54,338 bases of DNA, from IMG/VR virus record IMGVR_UViG_3300021062_000018, positions 1-54,338 of that record; one strand, given 5' to 3'. The DNA is from a virus. Taxonomy: Duplodnaviria; Caudoviricetes. How positions within the stretch are numbered: the first letter of the stretch is position 1; each line of letters starts with the position of its first letter. Below, in pieces: positions 27,498 through 36,681 of the stretch. Both the position numbers and the translations under genes were made by a program. The notes beneath the pieces are model-generated. The model worked only from the letters and a program-made list of their open reading frames with translations, had not been told where the DNA came from and searched no databases.

Positions 27498-28682
27498 ATG
27501 AGCAGCGGGACCCAACAGACCGCGATCGTGCCGGCCGGGCAGACGACGGCGCTCGCCGTCGCGTCCGAGGCCGACGCGTTCATGCCGGTCATGTCGATCG
27601 AGCAGGCCGTCGGCCGGCGGAACCTCGTCGTCCAGTTCGCGCAGAAGGTGATGGTGAAGGGTCTCGACTACGGGGCGATCCCCGGGACCGGGGAGAAGCC
27701 GACGCTCCTGAAGCCGGGGGCTGAGAAGCTCTGCAGCCTGTTCGGGCTCGTCCCCGACTTCCAGGACTACCGGGTCACGGAGGACTGGGAGAACGGCTTC
27801 TTCTTCTACGCGTACCGCTGCGTCGTCAGCCGCAACGGCAAGCCGATCGGCAGCGGGATCGGGTCCTGCAACAGCCGGGAGAAGAAGTACCGCCGGGACT
27901 CCCGCGCGTGCCCGGAGTGCGGGAAGCCGGCGATCAAGCGGAGCAAGTACCCCCCGCGGGACGACCCGCAGGCCGAGCCGGGCTGGTACTGCTTCGGCAA
28001 GGCCGGCGGGTGCGGGGCCAACTTCGCCGCGGACGACCCGGCGATCGTCGACCAGTCGGCGAAGGTCGACCCGAACGAGGTCGCCGACCTCGTGAACACG
28101 ATCCAGAAGATGGCGCAGAAGCGGGCGCTGGTCGCCGCCGTCCTGGTCGCCACCAGCGCGTCGGAGTTCTTCACCCAGGACGTGGAGGACATGGGGATCA
28201 TCGACGCCGAGGTTGAGCCGCCGCGGGGCCGGACGCCGGCCGCCCACGCCCCGGTCGACGACGAGCCGCAGCAGACCCGCCAGGAGTGGTTCCTCGAGCA
28301 GTGGGACGCGCTGGCCCGCGAGCGCGGGCTGAACGGCGCGGGCCGCGGCGTGCTGCCGGTGCTGGCGAAGAAGGAGAAGCTCCCGACCGACATCAACGCC
28401 TGGACGGACCAGCAGTGCGACGCGGTGCTCAACCGCCTGCGGAACGCGACGGACGAGCAGATCGCCGCGTTGAAGAAGCCGGCGGCGAAGGCACCGGCCA
28501 AGGCCTCGGCCGCCCAGGTCGAAAGGATCGGCGAGCTGCTCGGCGACGTGGCCGACCCGGGCGCCGCGCTGGCGGACGTCCTGCGGGCGCACAAGGTCGA
28601 GAAGCTCGACGACCTGACGGCCGACGCGGCTGTGAAGTTGATCCAGTCCCTCGAAGCCGAGCCGGCCGCCGCGGGGGCGTGA
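27498..28682 (+). CDS. Phage recombination/annealing protein (tentatively Rad52/ERF-like) with Zn-ribbon insert
   Basis: Motifs DYGAIPG, KPTLLKPGAEK, NTIQKMAQKRALVAAV and FTQDVED; insert CPEC...WYC...GC. Confidence 0.6.
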   Translation: MSSGTQQTAIVPAGQTTALAVASEADAFMPVMSIEQAVGRRNLVVQFAQKVMVKGLDYGAIPGTGEKPTLLKPGAEKLCSLFGLVPDFQDYRVTEDWENGFFFYAYRCVVSRNGKPIGSGIGSCNSREKKYRRDSRACPECGKPAIKRSKYPPRDDPQAEPGWYCFGKAGGCGANFAADDPAIVDQSAKVDPNEVADLVNTIQKMAQKRALVAAVLVATSASEFFTQDVEDMGIIDAEVEPPRGRTPAAHAPVDDEPQQTRQEWFLEQWDALARERGLNGAGRGVLPVLAKKEKLPTDINAWTDQQCDAVLNRLRNATDEQIAALKKPAAKAPAKASAAQVERIGELLGDVADPGAALADVLRAHKVEKLDDLTADAAVKLIQSLEAEPAAAGA

Positions 28683-28689
28683 CGGACTG

Positions 28690-29060
28690 ATTTCTAACGG
28701 AGGGGCGCTGAACCTGCGGTGACGGTGTGACCCGCAGCGGAGCCCCGCACGACCCCTGCCCCGGTTGCACCGACTGAGGCAGGGTAGGCCGGCGGATGAG
28801 CCGGGGATCCGGGTGGGCCCGTCGGAAACGGCGGCCCCACCCATGAGGCGAGAGCCTCGCGAGGGATAGAGCCGCGTGCGGTGGGCAAGCCAAGCCGCAC
28901 GAAACGACCGCAAGCGTCCGGCGAAGCGGCGTGCAGGTGACTACCGAGGAGCCGGAGTGCGGGCGGGTCGGGCGGAGACGCCCGGCCCTCCCTTCGCGGC
29001 GCGTGCCGCACGGGGCGACGGGCGCAGCCATTGACCCGGCCCGGCGTCGCCCCGGTTGAA
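28690..29060 (+). ncRNA. Candidate structured non-coding RNA (about 370 nt)
   Basis: Gap in an otherwise tightly coupled operon, tiled by at least eight hairpins, several with GNRA loops; no convincing ORF. Confidence 0.5.
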
Positions 29061-29082
29061 CAACCGACGGCAGGAGGCCCCC

Positions 29083-29427
29083 ATGCTGGTGCTCGCGAGG
29101 CAGCGTGATGAGACGATCGAGATCGGCGACCGCGCGCAGACGTCTGTGATCCTCAGCCCGGCCGACGAGGCGGCGCTGAAGGGGTGCACCGACCCGGCCC
29201 TGCAGGACCTCGCGGCGCGGCTGCTCGACCCGACGAACCGCGGCGTCGTCCTCGCGACCGTCGTCGACATCCGCGGGGACAAGGTCCGGATCGGCCTAGC
29301 CGGGCCGCGCGGCGTGGCGTTCAACCGCCGCGAGGTGGCCGAGTCGATCCGCCGCGAGGGCCGGCACGTGCAGCTGCAGCCGAACCGCGTCGTGAAGCAC
29401 GGCGTCCCCCTGGAGGCAGGCCGATGA
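29083..29427 (+). CDS. csrA: CsrA/RsmA-like translational regulator with an internal insertion of about 38 aa
   Basis: MLVLARQRDETIEIGD ... VVDIRGDKVRIGLAGPRGVAFNRREVAESI. Confidence 0.8.
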   Translation: MLVLARQRDETIEIGDRAQTSVILSPADEAALKGCTDPALQDLAARLLDPTNRGVVLATVVDIRGDKVRIGLAGPRGVAFNRREVAESIRREGRHVQLQPNRVVKHGVPLEAGR

Positions 29428-29795
29428 TCCGCTTCCTCGACGGCCCGGCCGCAGGCGTCAACCTCGTCCTCCGCCGCGCGCCGATCATGCTCCGGGTGGT
29501 CCGCTCCGCCGCAGGCGAGTGGGACGCGCTCGACCAGCTCGACGACGAGCCGGCCGCCGGCGAGGCGGTCTACGTCTACCGGCTGCAGGGCGACGCCGGG
29601 TGGATGCACATCGACTATCGAGACAAGGCCGGCCGCCGTCGGGGCGAGACCCGGATGACCGGCGACTACCGGTACGTCGAAGCCCAGCCGGGCGACCAGC
29701 ACACGCTGACGAACGCGGCGTGGGTGGCGTGGTGCGACGCGAACAAGGACCGGATCCTGGCCGAGCGGGCGGCCGCGGTGCCGGCGAACGGGTGA
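29424..29795 (+). CDS. Hypothetical phage protein
   Basis: ATGA coupling; motifs FLDGPAAG and DALDQLDDEP. Confidence 0.7.
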   Translation: MIRFLDGPAAGVNLVLRRAPIMLRVVRSAAGEWDALDQLDDEPAAGEAVYVYRLQGDAGWMHIDYRDKAGRRRGETRMTGDYRYVEAQPGDQHTLTNAAWVAWCDANKDRILAERAAAVPANG

Positions 29796-29803
29796 GGACG
29801 ACG

Positions 29804-30112
29804 ATGGACCAGGCGACAGCACAACCCACGGTGGCCGGCGGCCCCTACGTCCCGCTGCCCGCCCCGCCGCCCACGCGGATGCTCACCGCCGAGCAGGCCG
29901 CCGCGTACTGCGGCGGCATGAGCGAGCGGACGTTCCGCGACTTCCGGTCGCGCTGGGCGGTCCCGGTGATCCCGCTCATGCCCCAGACGTACCGCTACGA
30001 CGTCCGCGACCTCGACGCCGCCCTCGACCGGGCACGGGTCGCCGCCGTCGCCAAGGGCAACGCGCCGGCCGGCGCCGGCGCGCGGGCAGAGAGCGAGGCC
30101 GCCAATGGCTAG
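29804..30112 (+). CDS. xis: Excisionase-like HTH protein
   Basis: MLTAEQAAAYCGGMSERTF...RYDVRDLD; directly upstream of the integrase. Confidence 0.75.
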   Translation: MDQATAQPTVAGGPYVPLPAPPPTRMLTAEQAAAYCGGMSERTFRDFRSRWAVPVIPLMPQTYRYDVRDLDAALDRARVAAVAKGNAPAGAGARAESEAANG

Positions 30113-31535
30113 CGTGATCAACGACCCCAACGGCCGCAAGCGGATCGAGTTCACCGGCGCCGACGGCCGGCGGAAGCGGGTCCGGATCGGCGTCGCCAAC
30201 GCCGCCAAGGCCGACGCGTTCCGGGCGAAGGTCGAGGAGCTGGCGAACGCCCGGGCCGGCGGGTACGAGCCGTCGCGTGAGGCGGTCGCCTGGTTCGCCG
30301 CGCTCCCGCCGCTGCTCCGCAAGCGGGTGTCGGCCGCCGGGCTGATGCCCCCCTCGGCGGACCCCGCGCGCCGCGAGCTGTCGCTCGGCGGGCTGCTGAC
30401 GGAGTTCCTCGCGGCCGCCGAGGTGAAGGCCGGGACCCGGAAGGTGTACGAGCAGGCCCGGGACAAGCTCGTCGAGTTCTTCGGGGCCGGGAAGCTGATC
30501 CGCGACCTGACCCCGCTCGACGCCGAGAAGTGGAAGCAGTGGCTGAAGGCCGCCGGGTTCGCCGAGGCGACGGTCGCCAAGCGGGTGAAGGTCGCCCGCC
30601 AGGCGTTCAAGGCCGCGGTCCGCTGGCGACTGCTCGCCGAGTCGCCGTTCGCCGGCGTCCGCCCCGGCTCTCAGCGGAACAAGGCCCGGCAGTTCTTCCT
30701 GTCCCGCGCCGACGCCGCGACGGTGATCGCCGGGTGCGGGGACACGGACCTGGCGACGGCGTTCGCGCTGGCCCGGTTCGGCGGGCTCCGGGTGCCGTCC
30801 GAGGCCGTCGCGCTCAAGTGGTCGGACGTCGACGAGGCCGGCGGGCGGTTCCGGGTGACGAGCCCGAAGACCGAGCGGCACCCCGGCGGCGAGCAGCGGT
30901 GGGTCCCGCTGTTCCCGGAGCTGCTCCCGCACCTGGCGGCCGCGCGCCGGCGGGCCGACGCGGTCGGCTCGCCGTTCGTGCTCACAGAGAAGCGGAGCGC
31001 GACGCAGAACCTCGGGACGCGGCTCGAGCGGGTGCTCGCCCGGGTCGGGGTTAAGCGGTACCCGAAGCTGTTCCAGAACCTCCGCAGCACGCGGCAGACG
31101 GAGCTCGTGGCGGACGGGTGGCCCCAGCACGTGGTGTGCGCCTGGCTCGGGAACTCCGAACAGGTCGCCCGGGACCACTACTTCCAGGTGACCGACGCGG
31201 ACTACCTGGCGGCGGCGGGCCGGTCGGTGCCGGTCGCGCCCAAAGTCGCGCCCAATCAGGCCGCGACCCCCGCGAATCCCGGCGGATCAGGAGCTTGTTC
31301 GGACCCCTCATGGCCCACTGAACCCACCGGCGAACGCCGGCACACCGCCGGCAAACCCAGCGCAACGAGTCAAAAAGAGGGGTCGGAGGGTACGACGGGT
31401 ATCCGTCTGCCGTCGCCTGCCGGCGTTAGCCGCGCCCAAATTCGCGCCCAATCTGAGGACCGGTTCGCCCGCAGGCAGCAGCTGCTCGCCCGGGTGATGG
31501 GTCGCGTCCTGCGCCGGAACGGGGGTGGCCGGTGA
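30105..31535 (+). CDS. int: Tyrosine integrase with a C-terminal tail that reads through attP
   Basis: Catalytic motifs GGLRVPSE, PKT, QNLR, WLGNS and HY. Confidence 0.93.
   Translation: MASVINDPNGRKRIEFTGADGRRKRVRIGVANAAKADAFRAKVEELANARAGGYEPSREAVAWFAALPPLLRKRVSAAGLMPPSADPARRELSLGGLLTEFLAAAEVKAGTRKVYEQARDKLVEFFGAGKLIRDLTPLDAEKWKQWLKAAGFAEATVAKRVKVARQAFKAAVRWRLLAESPFAGVRPGSQRNKARQFFLSRADAATVIAGCGDTDLATAFALARFGGLRVPSEAVALKWSDVDEAGGRFRVTSPKTERHPGGEQRWVPLFPELLPHLAAARRRADAVGSPFVLTEKRSATQNLGTRLERVLARVGVKRYPKLFQNLRSTRQTELVADGWPQHVVCAWLGNSEQVARDHYFQVTDADYLAAAGRSVPVAPKVAPNQAATPANPGGSGACSDPSWPTEPTGERRHTAGKPSATSQKEGSEGTTGIRLPSPAGVSRAQIRAQSEDRFARRQQLLARVMGRVLRRNGGGR
31233..31452 (+). other. Putative attP: four arm-type repeats flanking a core resembling a tRNA 3' end
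   Basis: 12-mers containing CGCGCCCAA form tandem pairs at 31233/31245 and 31429/31441; core GTTCGGACCCCTCATGGCCCAC at 31297-31318. Confidence 0.75.
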
Positions 31536-32128
31536 CCCGCCAGCCCCGTCCCGACCCCGTCGCCGTCGAGTCCCGCCGGATGCTCGAGCAGCTCTGGCCG
31601 GACGAGGCCCGCGCAGCGTTCGCCGACAAGCCCCTGCCGCCCGAGCACGAGCCCAGGCCCCAGAAGCGGGGCAAGCGGCTCGAGCGGATGTGCGCCGCCC
31701 CGAGCCCGCTCGTCCTCCTCGTCCGCGTCGAGCAGGGCATCCGCCGGTTCAGGAAGGGCGGCGACTGGCAGCAGCAGTCGGTCAAGAGCCCGCCGGACTT
31801 CTACGGGTGCGTGATCGGCACCGGCCGCCTAGTCGTGTTCGACGCCAAGGAGACCGCCCACGCGCGGCACCTCGACGCCCGGCCGAAGATCGTCAAGACC
31901 CACCAGAAGCGGCAGATCGTCCGGGCCGGCCGCGCCGGCGCGGTCGCCGGGCTCCTGTGCCTCCGCACGACGGACGACGCGCTGTTCTGGTGCCCGTGGC
32001 CCCTGCTCGAGAACGAGACGGTGACGGAGATCCCGTGGTCGGCGATGCGGGCGTGCGGGACCGTCCGCCGCGGCATCGACTGGCGCCTCGTGCTCGCCGC
32101 CGCCGGCGAGGGGAGGGCCGTGGCGTGA
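31532..32128 (+). CDS. RecU-like Holliday junction resolvase (PD-(D/E)XK)
   Basis: KSPPDFYG...VFDAKET...HQ. Confidence 0.72.
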   Translation: MTRQPRPDPVAVESRRMLEQLWPDEARAAFADKPLPPEHEPRPQKRGKRLERMCAAPSPLVLLVRVEQGIRRFRKGGDWQQQSVKSPPDFYGCVIGTGRLVVFDAKETAHARHLDARPKIVKTHQKRQIVRAGRAGAVAGLLCLRTTDDALFWCPWPLLENETVTEIPWSAMRACGTVRRGIDWRLVLAAAGEGRAVA

Positions 32129-32547
32129 AGCTTCTCGACCTCATCCTGTCCCGCGTCGAGTGGTTCGACATCGCCAACGCCGCCGGCGACGTGTTCATGC
32201 GCCGCTACAAGCTGCTGCGGACGCCGCTCGGGAACGTCTACCTGCACCACATCCGGCGGAGCGACGAGGACCGGTGCCTGCACGACCACCCGTGGCCGTT
32301 CGTCACCCTGATTCTGGCCGGCGGCTATCGGGAGGTTCTGCCGGGCGGCCGGCGGTGGCGGGAGCCCGGATCGTTCCTCTCCCGCCGCGCGACGTTCGCA
32401 CACCGCATCGAGGTTGACCGCCCCGCGTGGTCGCTGGTGTTCGTCGGACCCAAGTGCCGCGCGTGGGGATTCTTCACCCTCGCCGGCTGGCGGCAGTTCC
32501 TCCCCGGCCAAGCTCGGCCCATCTGCGAAACGGGGGTGGCCGCGTGA
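32125..32547 (+). CDS. Cupin-fold phage protein
   Basis: YLHH...SD..R.LHDHPW...GGYRE...HRIE. Confidence 0.75.
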   Translation: MKLLDLILSRVEWFDIANAAGDVFMRRYKLLRTPLGNVYLHHIRRSDEDRCLHDHPWPFVTLILAGGYREVLPGGRRWREPGSFLSRRATFAHRIEVDRPAWSLVFVGPKCRAWGFFTLAGWRQFLPGQARPICETGVAA

Positions 32548-33098
32548 AAACCTCGCCGACCGCCTCCGCCGCCGCCCCCAAGCCCTACCCGCAGTACGCG
32601 AACGTCCGCCTCTGCGGCCGCCTCTACGGCGTCGTCACCCGCGGGACCACCCGCGGCGACCTCGTCACGTTCACGATCGCCGTCCAGAAGAACCCGGCCG
32701 ACAAGGCGGCCACCCTGTACCCGTGCCAGGCCTGGGACGCGCTGGCCGACGCGGTGCAGAAGGAGGGGCGGCACCTCCGGTGGGCCGTCGTCGAGGGCTC
32801 CCTCGAGCTGAACCAGTGGGTGAACGGCCGCGAGATGTTCGTCCGGGCCAAGGCCGTGCGGTTCGCGCCCGACTCGCCGGCCACGCCGCCGCCGAAGCCC
32901 GCCCCCGTGAAGGTCACCCAGCCGGAGCTGCCGCTCGGCGACGGGTGCCCCGGGACGATCGGCCCCAACAAGCCCAAGGCCGGCGCGCCCGAGAAGCCGC
33001 GGCCGCCGCCGCGGGGCGGGAGCCTGTTCGACCGTCCCCCGCTCGAGGCGCTGCCGCCGGCGGGGACGCACTACACGCCCGACCAGATCCCGTTCTGA
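32544..33098 (+). CDS. ssb: Single-stranded DNA-binding protein (divergent)
   Basis: Motifs NVRLCGRL, FTIAV, CQAW and VEGSL; Pro-rich linker; C-terminal DQIPF. Confidence 0.75.
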   Translation: MKTSPTASAAAPKPYPQYANVRLCGRLYGVVTRGTTRGDLVTFTIAVQKNPADKAATLYPCQAWDALADAVQKEGRHLRWAVVEGSLELNQWVNGREMFVRAKAVRFAPDSPATPPPKPAPVKVTQPELPLGDGCPGTIGPNKPKAGAPEKPRPPPRGGSLFDRPPLEALPPAGTHYTPDQIPF

Positions 33099-33105
33099 GC
33101 CATTC

Positions 33106-34032
33106 ATGTCGATCCCACGGGAACAACGCACGAGCCGCTCACGACCTTGCCCCGCATGCGGCAAGGCCGGCTGGTGCTACTTCCTCGCCGACGGGACCGC
33201 CTACTGGTGCGGCCGCATGGCGGGCGGGCGGCCGTGGAAGGGCGGCTGGATCCACAAGCTCGAGGGGGCGACGCCGATCGCGGCGCCGCGGCCGACGCCG
33301 CGGCCGCAGAAGGTCGACCGCTCCGCCCTGGCCCGCCTGGCGAGGGACTGCCGGCTGGCCGTCGCCGACCGCCAGCTCAGCGCGCTGGCCCGGGCGCTGT
33401 GCCCGCGGGCCGACGCGATCGTCGGGTACGCCGGCGGGCTGATCCGCCTGGGCACCGGCTGGCTGACCGCCGATGCGGCCGCCGCGCACGACACCGCCTG
33501 TCACGCCGACGGGCTCTGGACGTTCCCGATGTCCGCCGGCGCGCTGCTGGGTAACGGGCACACCGACGTCGTCGGGATCCGTGTCCGCTCGCACGCCGGC
33601 AAGAAGTATTCGGTCACCGGCTCCGACGGGTCCGCCCTCTTCCTCCCGAGCGGCCTCCCCCGCCGCTCCCAACTGGTCCTGCCCGAGGGGCCGACCAGCT
33701 GCGCGGCGCTGCTGGCCGCAGGGTTCGCCGCGGTTGGCCGGCCGAACAACCGGCTCGGCGCCGAGCACCTCCGGCGCCTGTGCAGGGACCTGCGGCCCAG
33801 CCGTCTGGTCGTCCTCGGCGACAACGACGAGAAGGCGGACGGCCGGTGGCCCGGGCTCGAGGGGGCGGAGGAGGTGGCGACGGCACTCGCCGGGGCGGCG
33901 GCCCGCGTCGACGTGGTCCTTCCGCCCCCGGGCGTGAAGGACGCCCGGGACTGGCTCGTGAGGGACGGGCCCGCCGGGTTCCGCGACGGGCTCGTCGAGG
34001 CGATCGAGGCGGCGGCGATGGCGACGGCGTGA
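33106..34032 (+). CDS. Primase (Zn finger plus TOPRIM)
   Basis: CPACGKAGWC...C; PEGPTS; GDND; KDARDW. Confidence 0.85.
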   Translation: MSIPREQRTSRSRPCPACGKAGWCYFLADGTAYWCGRMAGGRPWKGGWIHKLEGATPIAAPRPTPRPQKVDRSALARLARDCRLAVADRQLSALARALCPRADAIVGYAGGLIRLGTGWLTADAAAAHDTACHADGLWTFPMSAGALLGNGHTDVVGIRVRSHAGKKYSVTGSDGSALFLPSGLPRRSQLVLPEGPTSCAALLAAGFAAVGRPNNRLGAEHLRRLCRDLRPSRLVVLGDNDEKADGRWPGLEGAEEVATALAGAAARVDVVLPPPGVKDARDWLVRDGPAGFRDGLVEAIEAAAMATA

Positions 34033-35714
34033 CGGACGCGGGGACGGGAGACGGCATGGAAGACAACGGACCGACCAACTTCGAGCCGGCAGACCCCGCC
34101 GACGCCCCGAGCGCGACGCTGCCGGACACGCGGCCGTACACGCTGGCGGCGGCGTACCTCCGGGCGCGGGGGCTCGGCGAGGTCCACGAGTGCAAGGACG
34201 CCCGCGGGTTCGAGATGCTGCGCTTCGTGCGGCCGACCCGGCTCCGGCACTGGCGCGAGGAGTTCTACGAGTTCCAGTCGTGCGTCTACCGCCGCCGGCT
34301 GCTCGAGCAGCTGCTGAGCGACCTGACGCTCTTCCTGAACAACCAGTGGCACTTCAAAGCGGGGAATGAGCGGGTGCCGCTGCGGGTGACCGGGAGCACG
34401 GTGAACGACGTCGTCCGCCAGCTCCGGGCGCTGTGCCAGGCGGACGTCGAGGCGATGCCCGAGTGGCTCGACGGCGAGGCCGGTGACGACCGCCCGGACC
34501 CGCACCACGTGATCGCGTTCGAGGACGGGCTGCTCGACTACCGCGCGTGGCTCGACGACCCGGCGGTGCCGCTGCAGAAGCCGACCCCGGACTGGTTCAG
34601 CGTGGCGGTCCTGCCGCGGCCGTACCAGCCGGTCGCCGAGTGCCCGAAGATCCTCGGGTTCCTCAGGCAGTCGATCGGCGAGGAGCAGATGCCCGTCCTG
34701 CAGGAGTGGGCGGGGTACCTGCTGACCCGGGAGACGCGGCTCCAAAAGATGATGTGGCTGCACGGCGTCGGCGGCGGCGGCAAGGGGACGATCCTCCGCC
34801 TGCTGACCGAGCTGGTCGGCCCGGTGAATGCGGTCAGCTTCCGGCTCTCGGACCTGTGCGAGCGGTTCACCCTGTCGAGCTTCCTTGGCAAGACGTCCGC
34901 GATGAGCGGCGAGACGCTGCTCGGCCGGAGCGACGCGCACCGGATCGTCGAGCACCTGCTGGCGATCGTGGGCGAGGACGACCGGAATATCGACCGCAAG
35001 AACCGCGAGCTGCTCGCCAGCGTCCGGCTCGGGACCCGCCTGACGCTCGCGGCCAATCGGTTCCCGAAGCTCCCGGACGCCGGGATCGCCATGAAGCGGC
35101 GGTCGCTCGTGATCAGCTTCGAGCGGACGTTCGCGTCGAACCCGGACCCGGACCTGTTCGACAAGCTCCGCGCCGAGATGCCCGGCTTCACCGCCTGGGC
35201 GATGGCCGGCCTCCGGCGCCTGTGGGCGAACGGCTGGCGGTTCAGCCAGACCGAGCGAGGGATCGATCTGCTCGAGCGGTTCAGCCGCCAGTCGTCGCCG
35301 GTGAAGGCGTTCGTCGAGGAGTGCCTCGAGGTATTCGCCTACGAGCTCGACGCGGACGGCCGGCAGAAGGAGCGGCCGCGGGAGCTGAAGCGGCACGTGT
35401 ACGAGCTGTGGAAGTGGTGGCAGGGCCGGAACGGCCACGAGCAGATGGCCCTGAACACGTTCTCGGAGCAGCTGTACGAGGCGACCCTGAGCCTGGTGAA
35501 GCCGGGCCGGCCGTGGGTGGAGACCGGCGGCAAGAAGCGAAGGTCCCACACGTTCGACGGGGTCTCGATCCTGTCGAACTACCGCGCGTACATCCCGACG
35601 AACGAGGTCGACGAGACGCCCGACGAGCGGGACGAGCTGCGGGCGCTGGCGGCGGTGGCGAACGGGCACGACCCGGCCGCCCTCGCCCCGGTGCTGCCCT
35701 TCGAAACCAGATGA
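34029..35714 (+). CDS. D5/P4-family SF3 helicase
   Basis: Motifs IAFEDGLLD, LQEWAGY, Walker A GVGGGGKGT, IDRKN and AAN..P. Confidence 0.9.
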   Translation: MTDAGTGDGMEDNGPTNFEPADPADAPSATLPDTRPYTLAAAYLRARGLGEVHECKDARGFEMLRFVRPTRLRHWREEFYEFQSCVYRRRLLEQLLSDLTLFLNNQWHFKAGNERVPLRVTGSTVNDVVRQLRALCQADVEAMPEWLDGEAGDDRPDPHHVIAFEDGLLDYRAWLDDPAVPLQKPTPDWFSVAVLPRPYQPVAECPKILGFLRQSIGEEQMPVLQEWAGYLLTRETRLQKMMWLHGVGGGGKGTILRLLTELVGPVNAVSFRLSDLCERFTLSSFLGKTSAMSGETLLGRSDAHRIVEHLLAIVGEDDRNIDRKNRELLASVRLGTRLTLAANRFPKLPDAGIAMKRRSLVISFERTFASNPDPDLFDKLRAEMPGFTAWAMAGLRRLWANGWRFSQTERGIDLLERFSRQSSPVKAFVEECLEVFAYELDADGRQKERPRELKRHVYELWKWWQGRNGHEQMALNTFSEQLYEATLSLVKPGRPWVETGGKKRRSHTFDGVSILSNYRAYIPTNEVDETPDERDELRALAAVANGHDPAALAPVLPFETR

Positions 35715-35920
35715 CCCGAGCCCTGACCGGACCCTGACCAAAAGGACGATGACCCTGACCAAAGCCGAGTAGACCCTGACCAAAGCCGGCGAGCCAAACA
35801 CGTCTGACGGCGTGGAAATGGAAGGTTCGCGCCGAAACAGGCGTTTTGGTCAGGGTCACCAGGGTCAAAAGCTACGAGAGAGAGATTTAAAGAGAGAGAC
35901 AGAGAGAGAAGTAAGGGAGA
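35712..35920. repeat. Putative replication origin with iterons
   Basis: GACCCTGACCAAA at 35730, 35751 and 35772 (21-bp period); inverted copy at 35845-35857; partial copies; (GA)n purine tract at about 35876-35920. Confidence 0.8.
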
Positions 35921-35957
35921 GCCCTGTCGGCCCTGCCACCATGACCGAAGGAACGCC

Positions 35958-36668
35958 ATGCACTCACACGACCGAACGCTCCTCGCCAAGCTCGGGTTCG
36001 CCGACGCCGACAAGGGGGACCGACGGCACGACCTCGCCTGCCGCTACCTGGCGACGCCGGAGGTCGCGCGAAGGCTGATCGCGAGCATCTACCCCGACAC
36101 GCCGACCGTCGTCGACCTGCACGACGGCCTAGTCGAGCGCGAGGGCCGGAAGCTCTTCAGCATCGAGGACGGACCCCACCATCAGTTGGAGGCGCCCGTG
36201 AGCAAGGGCGAAGGTCAGTACAAGACGACCATCGGGTTCGTCGACCTGCTGCTCCGGTTCAGCGTGGTGGAAGTGTTCGCCGGGCGGCGACGGTGGCGGT
36301 TCGAGCAGGGTTGCGGCCCGGAGAGGTGGTCGGCCTACATGAGCGAGACGCGGATCAAGGAGCTGCCTTGGTCCGATTGGCGAGAGGAGTCGGCGCTCCG
36401 CGAACACCGGCTCCCGTGCCTCCTCGGGGTCGAGGTGAAGATTCGTCCGGTGGGGGTCGGCGAGATCCTCCGCCAGGTCAACCTGTACCGCGAGTACCAG
36501 CCGACGACGACCTGGGTCGCGGCCACCGCCTTCCCCATGACCGCCGCGGACGTCGCCTCTCTACGAGAGCAGAAGGTCCGCCACGCGCTGCTCGGCCGCG
36601 GCTTCGAGGAGTTCGTCCGCCGCACCGACGCAGAGCCTCAAGGCCAGGCCGACAGCGTCGAGCTCTGA
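35958..36668 (+). CDS. PD-(D/E)XK nuclease-like protein
   Basis: IGFVDL...GVEVK...ILRQVNLY. Confidence 0.6.
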   Translation: MHSHDRTLLAKLGFADADKGDRRHDLACRYLATPEVARRLIASIYPDTPTVVDLHDGLVEREGRKLFSIEDGPHHQLEAPVSKGEGQYKTTIGFVDLLLRFSVVEVFAGRRRWRFEQGCGPERWSAYMSETRIKELPWSDWREESALREHRLPCLLGVEVKIRPVGVGEILRQVNLYREYQPTTTWVAATAFPMTAADVASLREQKVRHALLGRGFEEFVRRTDAEPQGQADSVEL

Positions 36669-36681
36669 CACGGAGACCTTC

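Noticed and set aside
31297-31318. Intact tRNA gene
   Set aside because: Only a 3' fragment is present; there is no 5' T-stem strand, anticodon arm or D arm.
35730-35784. CRISPR array
   Set aside because: 13-bp repeats with 8-bp spacers and no cas genes; the pattern fits iterons.
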